Source: Octopus vulgaris
Taxonomy: Eukaryota
NCBI GenBank assembly: GCA_951406725.2
Contig: OX597837.1
Location: 40,734,001-40,798,000 of the forward strand
Length of the DNA: 64,000 nt
Direction of reading: 5' to 3'
Below the pieces are notes generated by a model. That model made no database searches and was not told the DNA's origin. It was given only the letters and a program-made list of their open reading frames with translations. Every line of letters starts with the position of its first letter. The first letter of the stretch is position 1. Shown here piece by piece: positions 26,997-40,440 of this stretch. The position numbers and the translations under genes were made by a program.

Positions 26997-27094
26997 TGTG
27001 TGTTTGTGTATATGTGTGTGTGCGCGTGTGCTTGTGTTTGTGAGTGCGTGAATGGTAAGAGATATGACTTGAAAGCCATTACTGCCATGAATCT

Positions 27095-27313
27095 TTCAAA
27101 AACTCAAATCCCACTTCAAAGGAAATACAAAAATATGCGCCAAGGCATCAGAAAATGAGTTCCAGGAATGCTTCCATCAATGGAACAAAAACCGGATAAA
27201 GTACGCGGCTTCTGAATGGGACAACTTTGAAAAGGACCAAATGCCAAATTGATATGTGTGATGAAGTTTTGTTTTTATAGCACCAGTCCCGATACTTTTG
27301 GATCAAACTTCGT
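27095..27313 (+). mobile_element. Mariner 3' fragment
   Basis: Translation ...ENEFQECFHQWNKNRIKYAASEWDNFEKD resembles a mariner transposase C-terminus; TIR-like gatacttttggatcaaacttcg. Confidence 0.6.
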
Positions 27314-27325
27314 GTATATTCATGA

Positions 27326-27730
27326 CTAGTTTAAAAGCAGCACTCCGTCCCGACTTTTGGCCTGGTTCCTGCGGAGGACTCATTGGGCAGCCCAAAACTA
27401 AAAACATCAATAGTAATAAAGCATTGGTTGGTACCCTACTAATATGGTCTTAATTTTAAATGCAGTTTAAATGAAAAAACGTTTTAAGTTAAAAAATTTT
27501 TTTGAGTTCTTTTAAAATTTTAAAATTTGAATTTTCATCTGTTTGCATACAACAAATTCTCATCCAGATCTGATCCCAATGCTGGATGTTCAAGAAACAA
27601 ATGAAGGGCAGATTTTCAATCCCGGATCATCCTGATTCCAAAAAAGGTATAATGTGTCTATATAGAGCAGATGTAAAATTTTGAAATACAGGGGTCACAG
27701 ACTGACAGACAGAATTTTGCATTTATTATT
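27326..27730 (-). mobile_element. Helitron-like non-autonomous element
   Basis: CTAG at 27326-27329 next to a decayed GC hairpin; other end reads aataataaatgcaaaattctgtctgtc on minus. Confidence 0.5.
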
Positions 27731-27740
27731 ATTATTATTG

Positions 27741-27828
<88 letters not shown>

Positions 27829-27829
<1 letters not shown>

Positions 27830-28164
27830 TCATATTTGACTTTACTTTGCATTTCTACAAGTTGGCTCCAAGTCTCACCTAAAGACCTCAAGAAACAACA
27901 ACTTAGAAGTTCATGTTGGTGTTATTTGGTTTCGTACATAGTATTGTTCTAGAGAATGTTAAAGAAACCATTAGAAAATTATGTTTGTTTTAAAACTTGA
28001 GATTACATGGAAAGTATTTTAGGTAGGATATGGACAGTTCCCATGAGCACTATCTTTTGAATTTCTGCAATTTTGGGGTTTCCTGGTATCTGAGCTAGCT
28101 ATGAATCAACCACCTTTGCTATCATTTCTTGGGAACCTATGACAACAGGTTTTGTTTTAGTCTT
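27829..28164 (-). mobile_element. Dong/R4-like non-LTR retrotransposon 3' end, ending in (TAA)n
   Basis: KTKTKPVVIGSQEMIAK...IPGNPKIAEIQKIVLMGTVHILPKILSM* (28164-28003) resembles the RLE-clade C-terminus; 3' UTR abuts (TAA)n. Confidence 0.75.
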
Positions 28165-28283
28165 CATGGTTCTGGGTTCAGTCCCACTGCGTGCCACCTT
28201 GAGCAAGTGTCTTCTACTACAGCTTCGGGCCGGCCGCAGCCTTGTGAGTGGATTTGGTAGACGGTAACTGAAAGAAGCCCGTC

Positions 28284-28372
<89 letters not shown>

Positions 28373-28582
28373 TATCTATATGTTTGTGTGTCTGTGTCTG
28401 TGCCCCCAACATCGTTTGACAACCGACGCTGGTGCGTTTACAACCCCGTCACTTAGCGGTTCGGCAAGAGAGACCGATAGAATAAGTACTGGCTTACAAA
28501 GAATAAGTCCGGGGGTCGATTTGCTTGACTAAAGGTGGGGCTCCAGCATGGCCGCATTCAAATGACTGAAACAAATAAAAAA
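28165..28582 (+). mobile_element. SINE family A, 5'-truncated
   Basis: Colinear with 1358-1710. Confidence 0.88.
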
Positions 28583-28680
28583 TATATATGTATATATGTA
28601 AGTATATTTATGTATTTGTGTATGTATGTATATATATATGTGTGTGTGTGTTTGTGTATATGCATAAATGTAAATATATG

Positions 28681-28731
<51 letters not shown>

Positions 28732-29314
28732 GTATGTATGTATGTATGTATGTATGTATGTATGTATGTATGTATGTATTTACATACATATATACAAAGA
28801 TTATATAAATTTGTAAAGAAATGTTTTCTGCAATTCAGCCGAAATAAATATAAATATATTTCACTTTGTGTTGAGTCCTTTCAAGTTGATGGTATTTGTT
28901 TCAAAAGAAACTACCATCACCGCCGCCGCCGCCGCATGTATATATACATATATACACAAACATATATATATATATACATGTGTATGTGTGTGCGTATATG
29001 TATGTATGTTTATATGTATGTATGTGTGAGAGAGAGACAGATAAAAGAGGGTGGGGATGAGTGTGAAATTTCTTGCATTCATAAATAAATGAAAAATGAG
29101 ATATAAATCAGACACGCCGTCGGCACCAGAACCACTGCAAGCACCGACTCTTACAAGCACAAACCGCCAATTCTTCACCGCCGCCGCCGCCGCAACTGCG
29201 ATTTTACCATTTTACGACGGTTTTACGAAAGGCGTGTTAATTCCGATCGGTGATCTTATCTAAATTAGCTTTCGCTTTCACTTTAACACAAGCGCGGACA
29301 CACAGACACACACA

Positions 29315-29361
<47 letters not shown>

Positions 29362-29602
29362 GCATACACACACACACACACACGGACACTGTATCTCTCT
29401 CTTTCTTTCTCTCTCTGTGTCTCACTCTTTATTCTCTCATTCTCTCCCTCGCACATACGCGCACACGCGACTTACAAATCGTTATATGCACGTCGTTATA
29501 TATACATATGCCTGTGTGTATATAAAGACATACACACATATATATATATACACACACACATATATATATAGTGTGTGAGTGTATATAAACGTATACATAT
29601 AC

Positions 29603-29634
<32 letters not shown>

Positions 29635-29658
29635 TCATACGCACAGATACACACACAT

Positions 29659-29695
<37 letters not shown>

Positions 29696-30032
29696 CACAT
29701 ATATATATATATGCATATATATTTATATGTGTGTATACATATTCATGTATGTTTATACACATGCATCTGTGTATTTGTATATATGCTTGTTTGTGCATAT
29801 TTGTGTGTGTTTGTGTGTGTTTGTGTGTTTGTGTATGTGTGTGCATGTGTGTGTTTGTGTGTATGTGTGTGTGTGTTTGTGTGTGTGTTTTAAGGTAAGT
29901 GGGTGTGAGGTTATTTGTAGGGTCTTTTTATGCACATACATACATATTTATATAAATATACACTCAGCATATCAGTTTTCATGCGCACGTATATATATAC
30001 ACACATACACACATACACATATACACACGCAC

Positions 30033-30076
<44 letters not shown>

Positions 30077-30787
30077 ACAACATAAACACATGCTCGTACG
30101 AACCTAAGTGCGTTCGTCTTTTAAGCGTTCAGCAAATAGCGGCACGGGGGAGAAGTGGCAGGCGGAGCCGGAGTCGGAGGCGGCGGAGATGGTAGGTAGG
30201 GGGTGGGGAAGCAGTGGAGGGGAGAGTAGGTAGGAGAAGGGGGGAAGCAGATAGGGGAGGAGGGGGTGCATCAGCGAGATAAGGATAACATGCAGAAATA
30301 TTAATTACTCTCCACTCAAAGCAAATTGAGAAAATATCGCTGGGTGGGGAATGGGGGGGGTCGGAGGAGGAGGGAGGCGATCTGTCGGTCGGTGAGTAGA
30401 AGGATGGGTGGATGGAGGATGGGTGGGTGGTGGCGGCGGCGGCGAGGAAGTTGTTTAAAAGGAATCGGTAGGTGGAGTCTTTGCCACCCGGATAGAGAGT
30501 TGAAAGAGGTTAAGTAGGAGCAGTCCGGGTGAGAGAGAGCGAGAGCGAGAGGGAAGGGGGCAGGAGAGAGAAAGAGAGATAGAGATAGGGAACTAGAAAG
30601 AGAGACAGAGAGAGAGAGAGAGGGGGAAGAGATTGAGAGGGGACGGAGAGAGAGAGGGAGGGACGGAAGCGTGGTCAGGGTTTGAGGTAGAAACAGATTG
30701 AAAAGCAACATAAAGTCTGGGGTTTGGAGCGAGGTGGGTCAGAAAAGTCTTTAGAACCGGGCGCGGGAGAGGGACAGAGAGAGCGAG

Positions 30788-30840
<53 letters not shown>

Positions 30841-30850
30841 CATACATACA

Positions 30851-30910
<60 letters not shown>

Positions 30911-30940
30911 TACATACATCCCTGTATGTATGTGTGTGAG

Positions 30941-30980
<40 letters not shown>

Positions 30981-31089
30981 CACACAGTGAGAGGGGAGTG
31001 GGGTTGGAGTATAGAGGAACATGGAGATTATTAAGATATTTGAAAGCGAAAGTGAAAGTAACTGCTAAAGGAACAGAAATGATTTGAGA

Positions 31090-32550
31090 ATTCGAGATAG
31101 CGCTGTGGAATGTAAAGATGATAGAATTTAAAAATGGGAAACGTTTGGAGAAACGGTTGCTGGCTATGAATTTTGAGTTTGAAATCTGGAGATATGATGG
31201 AGATATTTTGTTAGGATAATATTTTTGAAGTTGCAGTTTAAAATGTGGGGATATCTGGTGGTTAAAGCGCTATGTATTTGTGGTGTTTGCGGTGTGGGGG
31301 ACTTTGACTGAAATTGAGCTGTGAAGCTTGCGTAATGCGGTAGGATGGAACTGCGGAGATGGTGTTTAAAATGTGGAGATATTTGGTGGCATAGAGCTGT
31401 GGCGGTAGTATTTAAATTGCAGGAAGATTTGATGAAATAAAGCTGTGATGATAGAGCCTAAAAAGTATCTATATCTTTATTGCCTACAGGGGGTTAAACA
31501 TAGATGGGACAAGCAAGATGAAGGGATTAAGTTGATTACATCGACCCCAGTGCGTAACTGGTACTTATTTAATCGACCTCGAAAGGATGACTGGCAAAGT
31601 CGACCTTGGCGGAATTTGAACTCAGAACGTAGCGACAAATGAAATATTTATTTCTTTATTACCGACAAGGGGTTAAACACAGAAGGGACAAACAAGGACA
31701 GACAAACAGATTAAGTCGATTATATCGACCCCAGTGCGTAACTGGTACTTATTTAATCAACCCCGAAAGGATGAAAGGCAAAGACGACCTCGGCGGAATT
31801 TAAACTCAGAACGTAGCGACAGATGAAATATTTATTTCTTTACTACCGACAAGGTGCGTAACTGGTACTTATTTAATCAACCCCGAAAGGATGAAAGGCA
31901 AAGACGACCTCGGCGGAATTTGAACTCAGAATGTAGCAGCAGACGAAATACCCCTAAGCATTTCGCCCGGCGCGCTAACGATTTAGAGCCTAAAATATGA
32001 CAAGATTTGGTGGAATAAAGCTTTGAATATAGTACTTAAATTGTGGGAATGTTTGGTAGGGTAGAGATGTTACCCTACTGGTTAAACTAATAATTAAATT
32101 GTGTGAACATTTTGTGAGATAGAGCTGTGAAGAAAGTGTTTAAATGTGGGAATATTTGGTCGAGTAGAGCTGTTAAGCTAATGCTTAAATTGTGGGACAA
32201 TTTTGTTAAGTTAGTGTTTGAAATGTGAGTGCATTTGATGAGAATAGAGCTTTGAAGATAGAGTTTAAATAGTGGGAATATTTGGTGGGATTGAGCTATT
32301 GATCTAACGTTTGAATTGTGGGAACATTTGGTGGGATAAACCTGTTAAATAATTATTTGAAATGTGGATACATTTGATGAGTTAGAGCTGTGAATATAGT
32401 GCTTAGATTATAGGAATATTTGGTGGGATAGAGCCGTGAAACTGGTATAATTCAGTGGGATAGGACTATGGTGGTAGTGTTTAAATTGTGGGAATATTTG
32501 TAGAGACAAACCTATAAAGCTAATGTTTAAATTGTGGGAATATTTATGAG
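31090..32550. repeat. Degenerate ~44-bp minisatellite interrupted by a SINE-B multimer
   Basis: Recurring tttaaattgtgggaatatttggtgggatagagctgtgaa.atagtg. Confidence 0.75.
31464..31983 (-). mobile_element. SINE family B trimer
   Basis: Three cggaatttgaactcagaacgtagcg-like units; 12-bp TSD tagagcctaaaa at 31452-31463 and 31984-31995. Confidence 0.88.
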
Positions 32551-33133
32551 GCTAGGTTCCGAGAAATAGGAATGGTAAAAAAACTTAATTTGAATTCAGC
32601 ACGGTTCCGCTAATCCGCCCATCGTATATATATATATGGGGGGGGGGTGGCGCGCTTAAAATCTAAGAAGCTATATGTCAGAGAAAATATGCACTCGAAT
32701 ATTTGTCAATAGAGTGGGTATTTTAATATCATAGATCCATTGCAGCCGATTTTACCAAACGGTTTCGCACAGGGTATTAAAACCAGACGATAGATAACGT
32801 CACAGTTAAGAAATACCGCATACTCATTTGATATGTCAGTTGTGGATCAATATGGCGACTGTCTCCCTGCCGTGTGTGTGTGATTGCATATTCATTTATG
32901 TATCAGTCTTCTAGTTTAAAATATATGCAATGTAAATCAAAAATATTATATATATATTTATCTGAGAGTAATTATATATTTCTATCAGTAGCCTAATAAA
33001 AAAAATATGAAGAAAATATGTACATGTTGCCGATCATACATAAATAGTTGTGTGTGTGTGTGTGTTTGTCTGGGAGTATGTATGTACATAAATATATATA
33101 TACGTACATATATATGTATATTTATACATATAT

Positions 33134-33522
33134 AGGAGTGGATGTGTGGTAAGTAGCTTGATGACCAGCCACATGGTTTTGGGTTCAGTCCTACTGCGTG
33201 GCACCTTGGGCAAGTGTCTTCTACTATAGCCTCGGGCCCACAAAAACCTTGTGGGTGGATTTGGTAGACGGAAACTGAAAGAAGCCCGTCGTATATATGT
33301 ATATGTATGTATATGTTTGTATGTGTGTGTTTGTCCCCCCAACATCCCTTGACAACCGATACTGGTGTGTTTACGTCCCTGTCATTTAGCGGTTTGGCAA
33401 AAGGACCCGATAGAATAAGTACTAGGCTTACAAAGAATATGTCCTGGGGTCGATTTGCTCACTAAAGGCGGTGCTCCTGCATGACCGCAGTCAAATGACT
33501 GAAAAAATAAAAGAATAGAAGA
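33134..33522 (+). mobile_element. SINE family A
   Basis: Colinear with 1320-1718. Confidence 0.9.
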
Positions 33523-33524
33523 CT

Positions 33525-34021
33525 ATATATAACTTTGATTGGTTTCTACCATTATCGGCCCAGGCCATGACTTACTCAATAGCACCTCCTGAAAAAGTCT
33601 TTTAATTAATAATTTCGTGACAACATGGTCCACTCAAGCAGAGAGTTGTTGTTGGTTGAGACGTATCCTGGTGTAGGTGGTTTATCCGGTATTTCCTGGA
33701 GGAATTTGTCCAGGTACCGTTTGAAAGTTGTCGGGGTGTTTTTCTACTTTAATTTCTTTCGGGATAACATTGAAAAGGGCAGGAGCGTTTGCAGTGAAAA
33801 AATTGTGTCGCAATGTTCTTATATGATGTGATCTCGACCTTTGTAAGGGACGCATTGTACAGGGGCCTAGTCTTGGGTGAATTGTAAGCATAATACCGAT
33901 ATCATTTGGATAATATTGGTGGAATATTTTCCACATGTTGCAAATAATGTATCGCTTACGACGGCAGAGAATAGAGCTTCAGCTGTTTAAGTCGAGCCCA
34001 ATAATCAAGTCCCGTCATGCC
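33525..34021 (-). mobile_element. CR1-like LINE 3' fragment (ORF2 C-terminus, frameshifted)
   Basis: GLDYWARLKQLKLYSL/RRKRYIICNMWKI...APALFNVIPKEIK/FKRYLDKFLQEIPDKPPTPGY...NSLLEW. Confidence 0.8.
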
Positions 34022-34198
34022 ATTTATATATATATATATGTTTGTGGAGGGGTGCGCGCACAGACACACATGCATGTGCATATATGCACACACACATACA
34101 TCAATATTTCCACGCAAACACATAAAAAAATGTGCATCTATATCTATATTTGGATGCGTCTGTCTGTCTGTCTGTCTGTCTGTTTATCTATCTACCTG

Positions 34199-34302
<104 letters not shown>

Positions 34303-34422
34303 TCTATTTATCTGTCTATTTATCTATATATTTTTACGTATAGACATACATACATACATACATAGCAACACCAACCCATGTACACGCACAAACAGAAACT
34401 CATACACAGTCACTCTCGCACG

Positions 34423-34473
<51 letters not shown>

Positions 34474-36184
34474 CTATCCTATGTACATAGATGTGTTCAT
34501 GCAATACGTGGTGTAAGTGTTATTCTTGACATAAAAGAGAAACGAGTCACCGCAAACGTCCATCTTAAACAACAACACAATGGAATAAATTGAGACACAG
34601 TGAAAGAGAGTGAGAGAGAGTGAGAGAGAGAGAGATAGTGTGTGTGTATATGTGATAGAGAGAGAGAGAGTGATAGATAGGGAGAGGGAGAGAATTTCGC
34701 AGCTAATTGCGAAGGACAATATTTATATAGGACTGAGTGATTATAATGGTGGTGGTGCTGGTGGTGTTGGGGTGTGGTGACGGTGGGGATTGGCACAAGG
34801 GTCGACAGCAGCGAGTGGTAATGTTGTTGTTACTGTTGTTGTTGGTGTATGCTGGGTGTGGAGAGATAGCTGTGGGGAGGGTAGGAGGTGGTGGTAGTGG
34901 TGATGCGTTGGCGGTGGAGAAGTTTCTTGTGGTGATGATGGCGGTTTTGGTGTTGCTGGTAGTGGTAGTAGTGGCGGTGGTGATGGTGGTGGTGATGATG
35001 GTGGCCGAGGTGATGGATGTGGTAGTTTTGGTGGTGGTGGCGGCGGCGATGGTGCTGGTGGTAAGGGTGGTAGGAGTGGTTGTGGTGGTGATGGCAGTGG
35101 TGGAGGGGAAAATGGTGTTAGTGGTGGTGCTGGTGGTAATAGTGGCAGTAATGATGGTAGTGGGGGGTGGTGATAGAGGTAGTGATAGTGGTTGTGGTGG
35201 TGATAGTGGTGGTGGAGGGGGAAATGGTGGTGGTGTTGGTGGTGGTGATGGTAGTAGTAAGAATTGTGTGTATGGTTGTTGTGATGGTGGTGATGTTGGT
35301 GATGTGGTGAAGTTCATTCGGACGAGGTCGCAGTAGTGAAAATGATTGTGATTATTGGTGTGATGGTAATGTTGAATTGGTGCAGACGGTGGTTGTACAA
35401 TTGTTGTTGTTGCTGTTGTTGTTTATCATACCTACTACAACATCGCCGCTACCACCACCACTACAATTACCACCACCATCACCATCACCACTACCACAGA
35501 CACTAGCGCCGCCATCACCGCCGCCCTCACCAGCGCCAACACTACGATCATCACATCACAATCTCTTTAGCAAGAACAATGACCAGAGTAAATTGTTCAT
35601 CGTGGGGCTTTGATGTACGACTGTGTAGATAGATCTTCAAAGGACTTTATTCCTTTTTTTTTTTTTCACTTTTCTTTTTCCTGATCGTTTGATGATTGTT
35701 GAAGAGCTTCATACGATTGTTTGTTTAAGTAAACATGTACCATTCCGTATCAAGCGGCCAAAAAACAAAAAAAAGAACCAAAAACGGTAACAAAAACAAA
35801 TATAAAAAATAACAAACAAACAAAATAAGCCACCCGGCTTCTATATAATACAACACAGACAAATTATGCAAAAGCTGTCCACCCTTTATCTTACCTGGGC
35901 ACACCTATTATATTTTGATTGCTTGCAATACTGTTTAACTTTCACCTGTGTTCTTATAAGTTCCAGATATAATTCACACATTTTAACGTATTGTTGATGA
36001 CGCCATGTTGTTGTTGTTGCTGTTGTTGGTTCTGTTGTTCTTGTTGTAACTATTCCGTTTGTTGTTGTTGTCGTTACTGTTATTGTTGTTGTTGCTCCAT
36101 GTCGGCCGTCATCGAGGGCATTTATATGATCAAAAGTGTTCCACACATAACCACCCGTTTTATTTTTATTATAATTATTATTAT

Positions 36185-36963
36185 ATGCAGAATTGTTAGC
36201 TCGCCGGACGAAATACTTAGCGGTATTTCGTCTGCCGTTATGTTCTGAGTTCAAATTCCGCTGAGGTCGACTTTGCCTTTCATCCTTTCGGGGTCGATTA
36301 AATAAGTACCATTTACGCACTGGGGTCGATATAATCGACTTAATCCGTTTGTCCTTGTTTGTCCTCTGTGTGTTTAGCCTATTGTGAGTAGTAAAGAAAT
36401 AGGTATTTCGTCTGCCGTTACGTTCTGAGTTCAAATTCCGCCGAGGTCGACTTTGCCTTTCATCCTTTCGGGGTCGATAAATTAAGTACCAGTTACTCAA
36501 TGGAGTCGATGTAATCGACTTAATCCTTTTGTCTGTCCTTGTTTTCCCCCTCTATGTTTAGCCCCTTGTGGGCAATAAAAAAATAAGAAACATTAGCACG
36601 CCGGACGAAATGCTTAGCGGTATTTCGTCTGCTGTTACGTTCTGAGTTCAAATTCCGCCGAGGTCGACTTTGCCTTTCATCCTTTCGGGGTCGATTAAAT
36701 AAGTACCAGTTACGCACTGGGATCGATATAATCGACTTAATCCGTTTGTCCTTGTTTGTCCTCTGTGTGTTTAGCCTATTGTGGGTAGTAAAGAAATAGG
36801 TATTTCGTCTGTCTTTACGTTCTGACTTCAAATTCCGCACAGTTTGACTTTGTCTTTCGTCCCTTCGGGGTCGATAAATTGCGTACCAGTGAAACACTAG
36901 GGTCGATATAATCGACGAAGACCCTCCCACCAAATTTCACACCTTGTCCCTACAGTAGAAAGG
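36185..36963 (+). mobile_element. SINE family B tandem tetramer
   Basis: Four units starting ~36185, 36402, 36590, 36800 (gttctgagttcaaattccgccgaggtcgactttgcctttcatcctttcggggtcgat). Confidence 0.9.
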
Positions 36964-37062
36964 TCTTGGGGTCAATTTGCTCGACTAAAAGGCGGTGCTC
37001 CAGCATGGTCGCAGTGAAATAACAGCAACAGGTAAAAGAATAAGAGAATAAAAGAATAAAAG
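36964..37062 (+). mobile_element. SINE family A 3' end
   Basis: tggggtcaatttgctcgactaaaaggcggtgctccagcatgg plus A-rich tail. Confidence 0.75.
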
Positions 37063-38151
37063 CATATACATGCATAAACATGCTGTTTGTAGAAGGTATA
37101 AAGCACCATTTTCAGGAACCAATAGGGGTTTATCGATATGTAGACGGTTGTAAATTTTTCCCATATCGAAGTTCGATAAACTGAAGTAAGTTATTTTATA
37201 GTTCACGGGAAGAAGCTGCGGTTACTGTGCATGCGAATAGCAATCAAAAATTACGGAAAGGGGTAGATAAAGTCCAGGCTACACACGTTTCATAGCAAGC
37301 AGAGATTCGGAAGTAATAACAAACCAAACGACGAGTAACCGTTAGTTACTCGTCAGGCCAAAGACACCTTGGCCAAATGAAGTTTATATTGCCGTCAAGG
37401 GATCCCGTGTTGACTCGCAAATATTCATACATACGTACATACATACATACATACATACATACATACATACATACATACATACATACATGGATGCATACAT
37501 ACATACATACATACATACATACATAAATGGGCCAGAGAACGAGAGAGAGGAGGTGCTTGAGAGATGGGGGTGTAGAGACTGATGAGATGTCCTGCCTGTG
37601 ACTACATAAAACATACAAATATGCACATACATACATACTAACATACATACATACATACAAACAAACAAAAATACCCTGTTGTTGATGTTGAAATTCCAAT
37701 GAAAGAACCTTGGATCTAGGTTAGAACCCGGTTCTTTCTCTATTGGCAAGAAATCTTGAAATAAACTGAATAATGATATACATACATACATACATACATA
37801 CATACATACATACATACATACATACATACATACATACATACATACATACATACATAAAGGAAGGAAGGATCAACGGGATCACGATGTGGACTTTCCTTTT
37901 AGCTCATCCATGGGCCAGAGAACGTCAGATGGCGTGCTTGACAGATGGGGTGTAAAGATTGATGAGATGTCCTGCCTGTGATGACTAAATTAATTGATCG
38001 ACTCCAAAGAGGAGAGGAAACAAGAAACATGGTTCCAGTGAGATTTGAACCCAGTGTACACAGATCCAGAGCAAATACCGCAAAGTTTAATTGTTTGTAA
38101 ATATAATAACTCTGCCAGTTCGCCACTTTAATTTACTGCCAAATACACACG

Positions 38152-38203
<52 letters not shown>

Positions 38204-38512
38204 CGCTGATAATATAATTACACAGATACGTACATGCATACACACACATTTATATATTTATGTATACGATACATAAGATATATATTATATGTTTCACTAT
38301 GTATATATGTATGTATATACATATGTGTGTGTGTGTATGTGTGGGTGTGTATTTACACACACACACACACACACACATGCATACACACACATATATATAT
38401 ATGTATGTATGTATATGTATATAAATGCTTCTGTGTGTATGCCTATGTGTACAGAGATGTATATATAAATATGCATATATCTTATTTGCATATATACTAT
38501 ATATTGCAATAT

Positions 38513-38562
<50 letters not shown>

Positions 38563-39149
38563 AAACTATACCTACATAGCTACATACTTACCTACCTACC
38601 TACATACCTACATACATACATACATACTTACATGCATACATACATACATGCATACATGCATACATACATACATACATACATACATACATACATACATACA
38701 TACATACATACATACTTACCTACCGACCTACATACATACATACATACATACATACATACATACATACATACATACATACATACATACATACATACATACA
38801 TAAGTACATGAGTACATATAGCCCCCGCACGTACGAATGCGTAGACATATGTCTGTCTAACAAATACCCAGTTGAAAAAACATTCTCGGTGATGAAAGCA
38901 GATAATGGATATTGATAATGACGTCGTGTAACAGATAAACACGAATGTCCTTTGAAGATCGCCAATTTAAACAGAGGCCGCCATTGTAATACCAGGTGAG
39001 GATCGAACTATTTCGCCGATCTTGCTCTTCTGTTTGATAATCTCGTTGTTTGTATTATCACAAAGTGTGCCTGTGTTGGTGGGACGGCGGGACGAAGGAC
39101 GGCGGTCAAATGGTATAGCGTTTGGTGGATGTGTGGCGGGGTTTTGATG

Positions 39150-40440
39150 GTATGTATATTGTTATTACTAAAATATTCCGAAATGCGTTTTTCTTTTTTC
39201 CGCCCTTGTTAGGCGTAACTTCGGTTGTTTAGGTGTTATGACAAATTGGTTGTGGTGATATATAGGTGAGGCTGAATCATTTGGGCCCTGTTTGTTGTTA
39301 CCAAAATACACCGAAATACTTGTCCGCCCTCGTTAGATGATACTTCAATCCTTCAGATGTTTATTTGAAAGTGCAGCGTGAGTCCGAATGGCCTGGTGCC
39401 GTTTGTTCTTGCCAAAATACACCGAAATACTTGTTCACCCTCGTTAGATGCTACTTCAATCATTTAGATGTTTATTTAAAAGTGTTGGTGAGTTCGAATG
39501 GCTTGGTATGCTGTCTGAGGTGACCAAATTACACCGAAATGCTTAGATGCTACTTCAAGTTTTAAAAGGTTTATTTGAAAGTGCGGGGTGAGTTCGAATG
39601 GTTTGTTGTCTTGTTTGCTGTTAGCAAAAGTATCCTGAAATACTTCACCGCCCTCGTTAGGTGATTCCTTACTTCGTTTCGTTTACACAAAAATGGAGTG
39701 GGGCATAAATGTTCAGGACCTTCATTGTTGCCAATAAAATATACCAAAATTCCTTTTTCGTCCTCGGTGGGCGCTGCTTCATTTCGTTTGATGTTTATGT
39801 TTATCTGGGCCTTGTTTTTTGTTACCAAGATATATCGAAATACTTCGGCACTTCTTGAATTCCTTACAAGTTATTACAAACTAAGTGTGCTGGTGAGTGA
39901 CGTCATACATTTATTGTTATCAAAATGCACCGAAATGTTATTATTCGCTTTTGTTAGGGGTTACTGGGCTTGGTTGCGTGTTTGCACGAATTTGGGGTGA
40001 GTTTGATTTATTTGGGGCTTTAATTTTTGTTACTACAATATACCGAAATACTTTCACGCCCGCGTCATGTGCTAATCTTCATTTTGTTAGTTGCTTACAT
40101 GATAATAAAGTGAGGCCGAATGATAATAAAGGGAGGCTTTCTTGTTACCGAAATATACCAAATGTTTTTGCCGCTCTTATTAGGGGGTACTTCACTTATT
40201 TAGATGTTTATATAAAGGTGGTGATGAGGTGATGCAGAAGGATTTATGTCTTTGATATTATCAAAAATATACAGAAATATTTTCCCTCCTTTGTTAGGTC
40301 CTAATCAACTTTTCGTTCAGTGTTTACGAACACGGCAGAAGAGTGAGGCAGAAATTTGTTTGTTGTTACTAAAATACCGAAGTACTACCTTACCCTCGTT
40401 AAATGCTGCCCTTCACTTCGTTAGATGTTACAAAAATACT
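39150..40440. repeat. Degenerate ~110-bp satellite, about 12 units
   Basis: Anchor ttgttaccaaaatacaccgaaatac...ccctcgttag recurs near 39176, 39311, 39421, 39533, 39635, 39747, 39836, 39930, 40042, 40150, 40272, 40376. Confidence 0.8.

Noticed and set aside
34703-35336. Mucin-like Thr/Pro-rich ORFs
   Set aside because: Degenerate (GTG)n tract open on both strands
39150-40440. CRISPR-like repeat/spacer appearance
   Set aside because: Eukaryotic context, degenerate repeats, spacers related to one another, no cas genes
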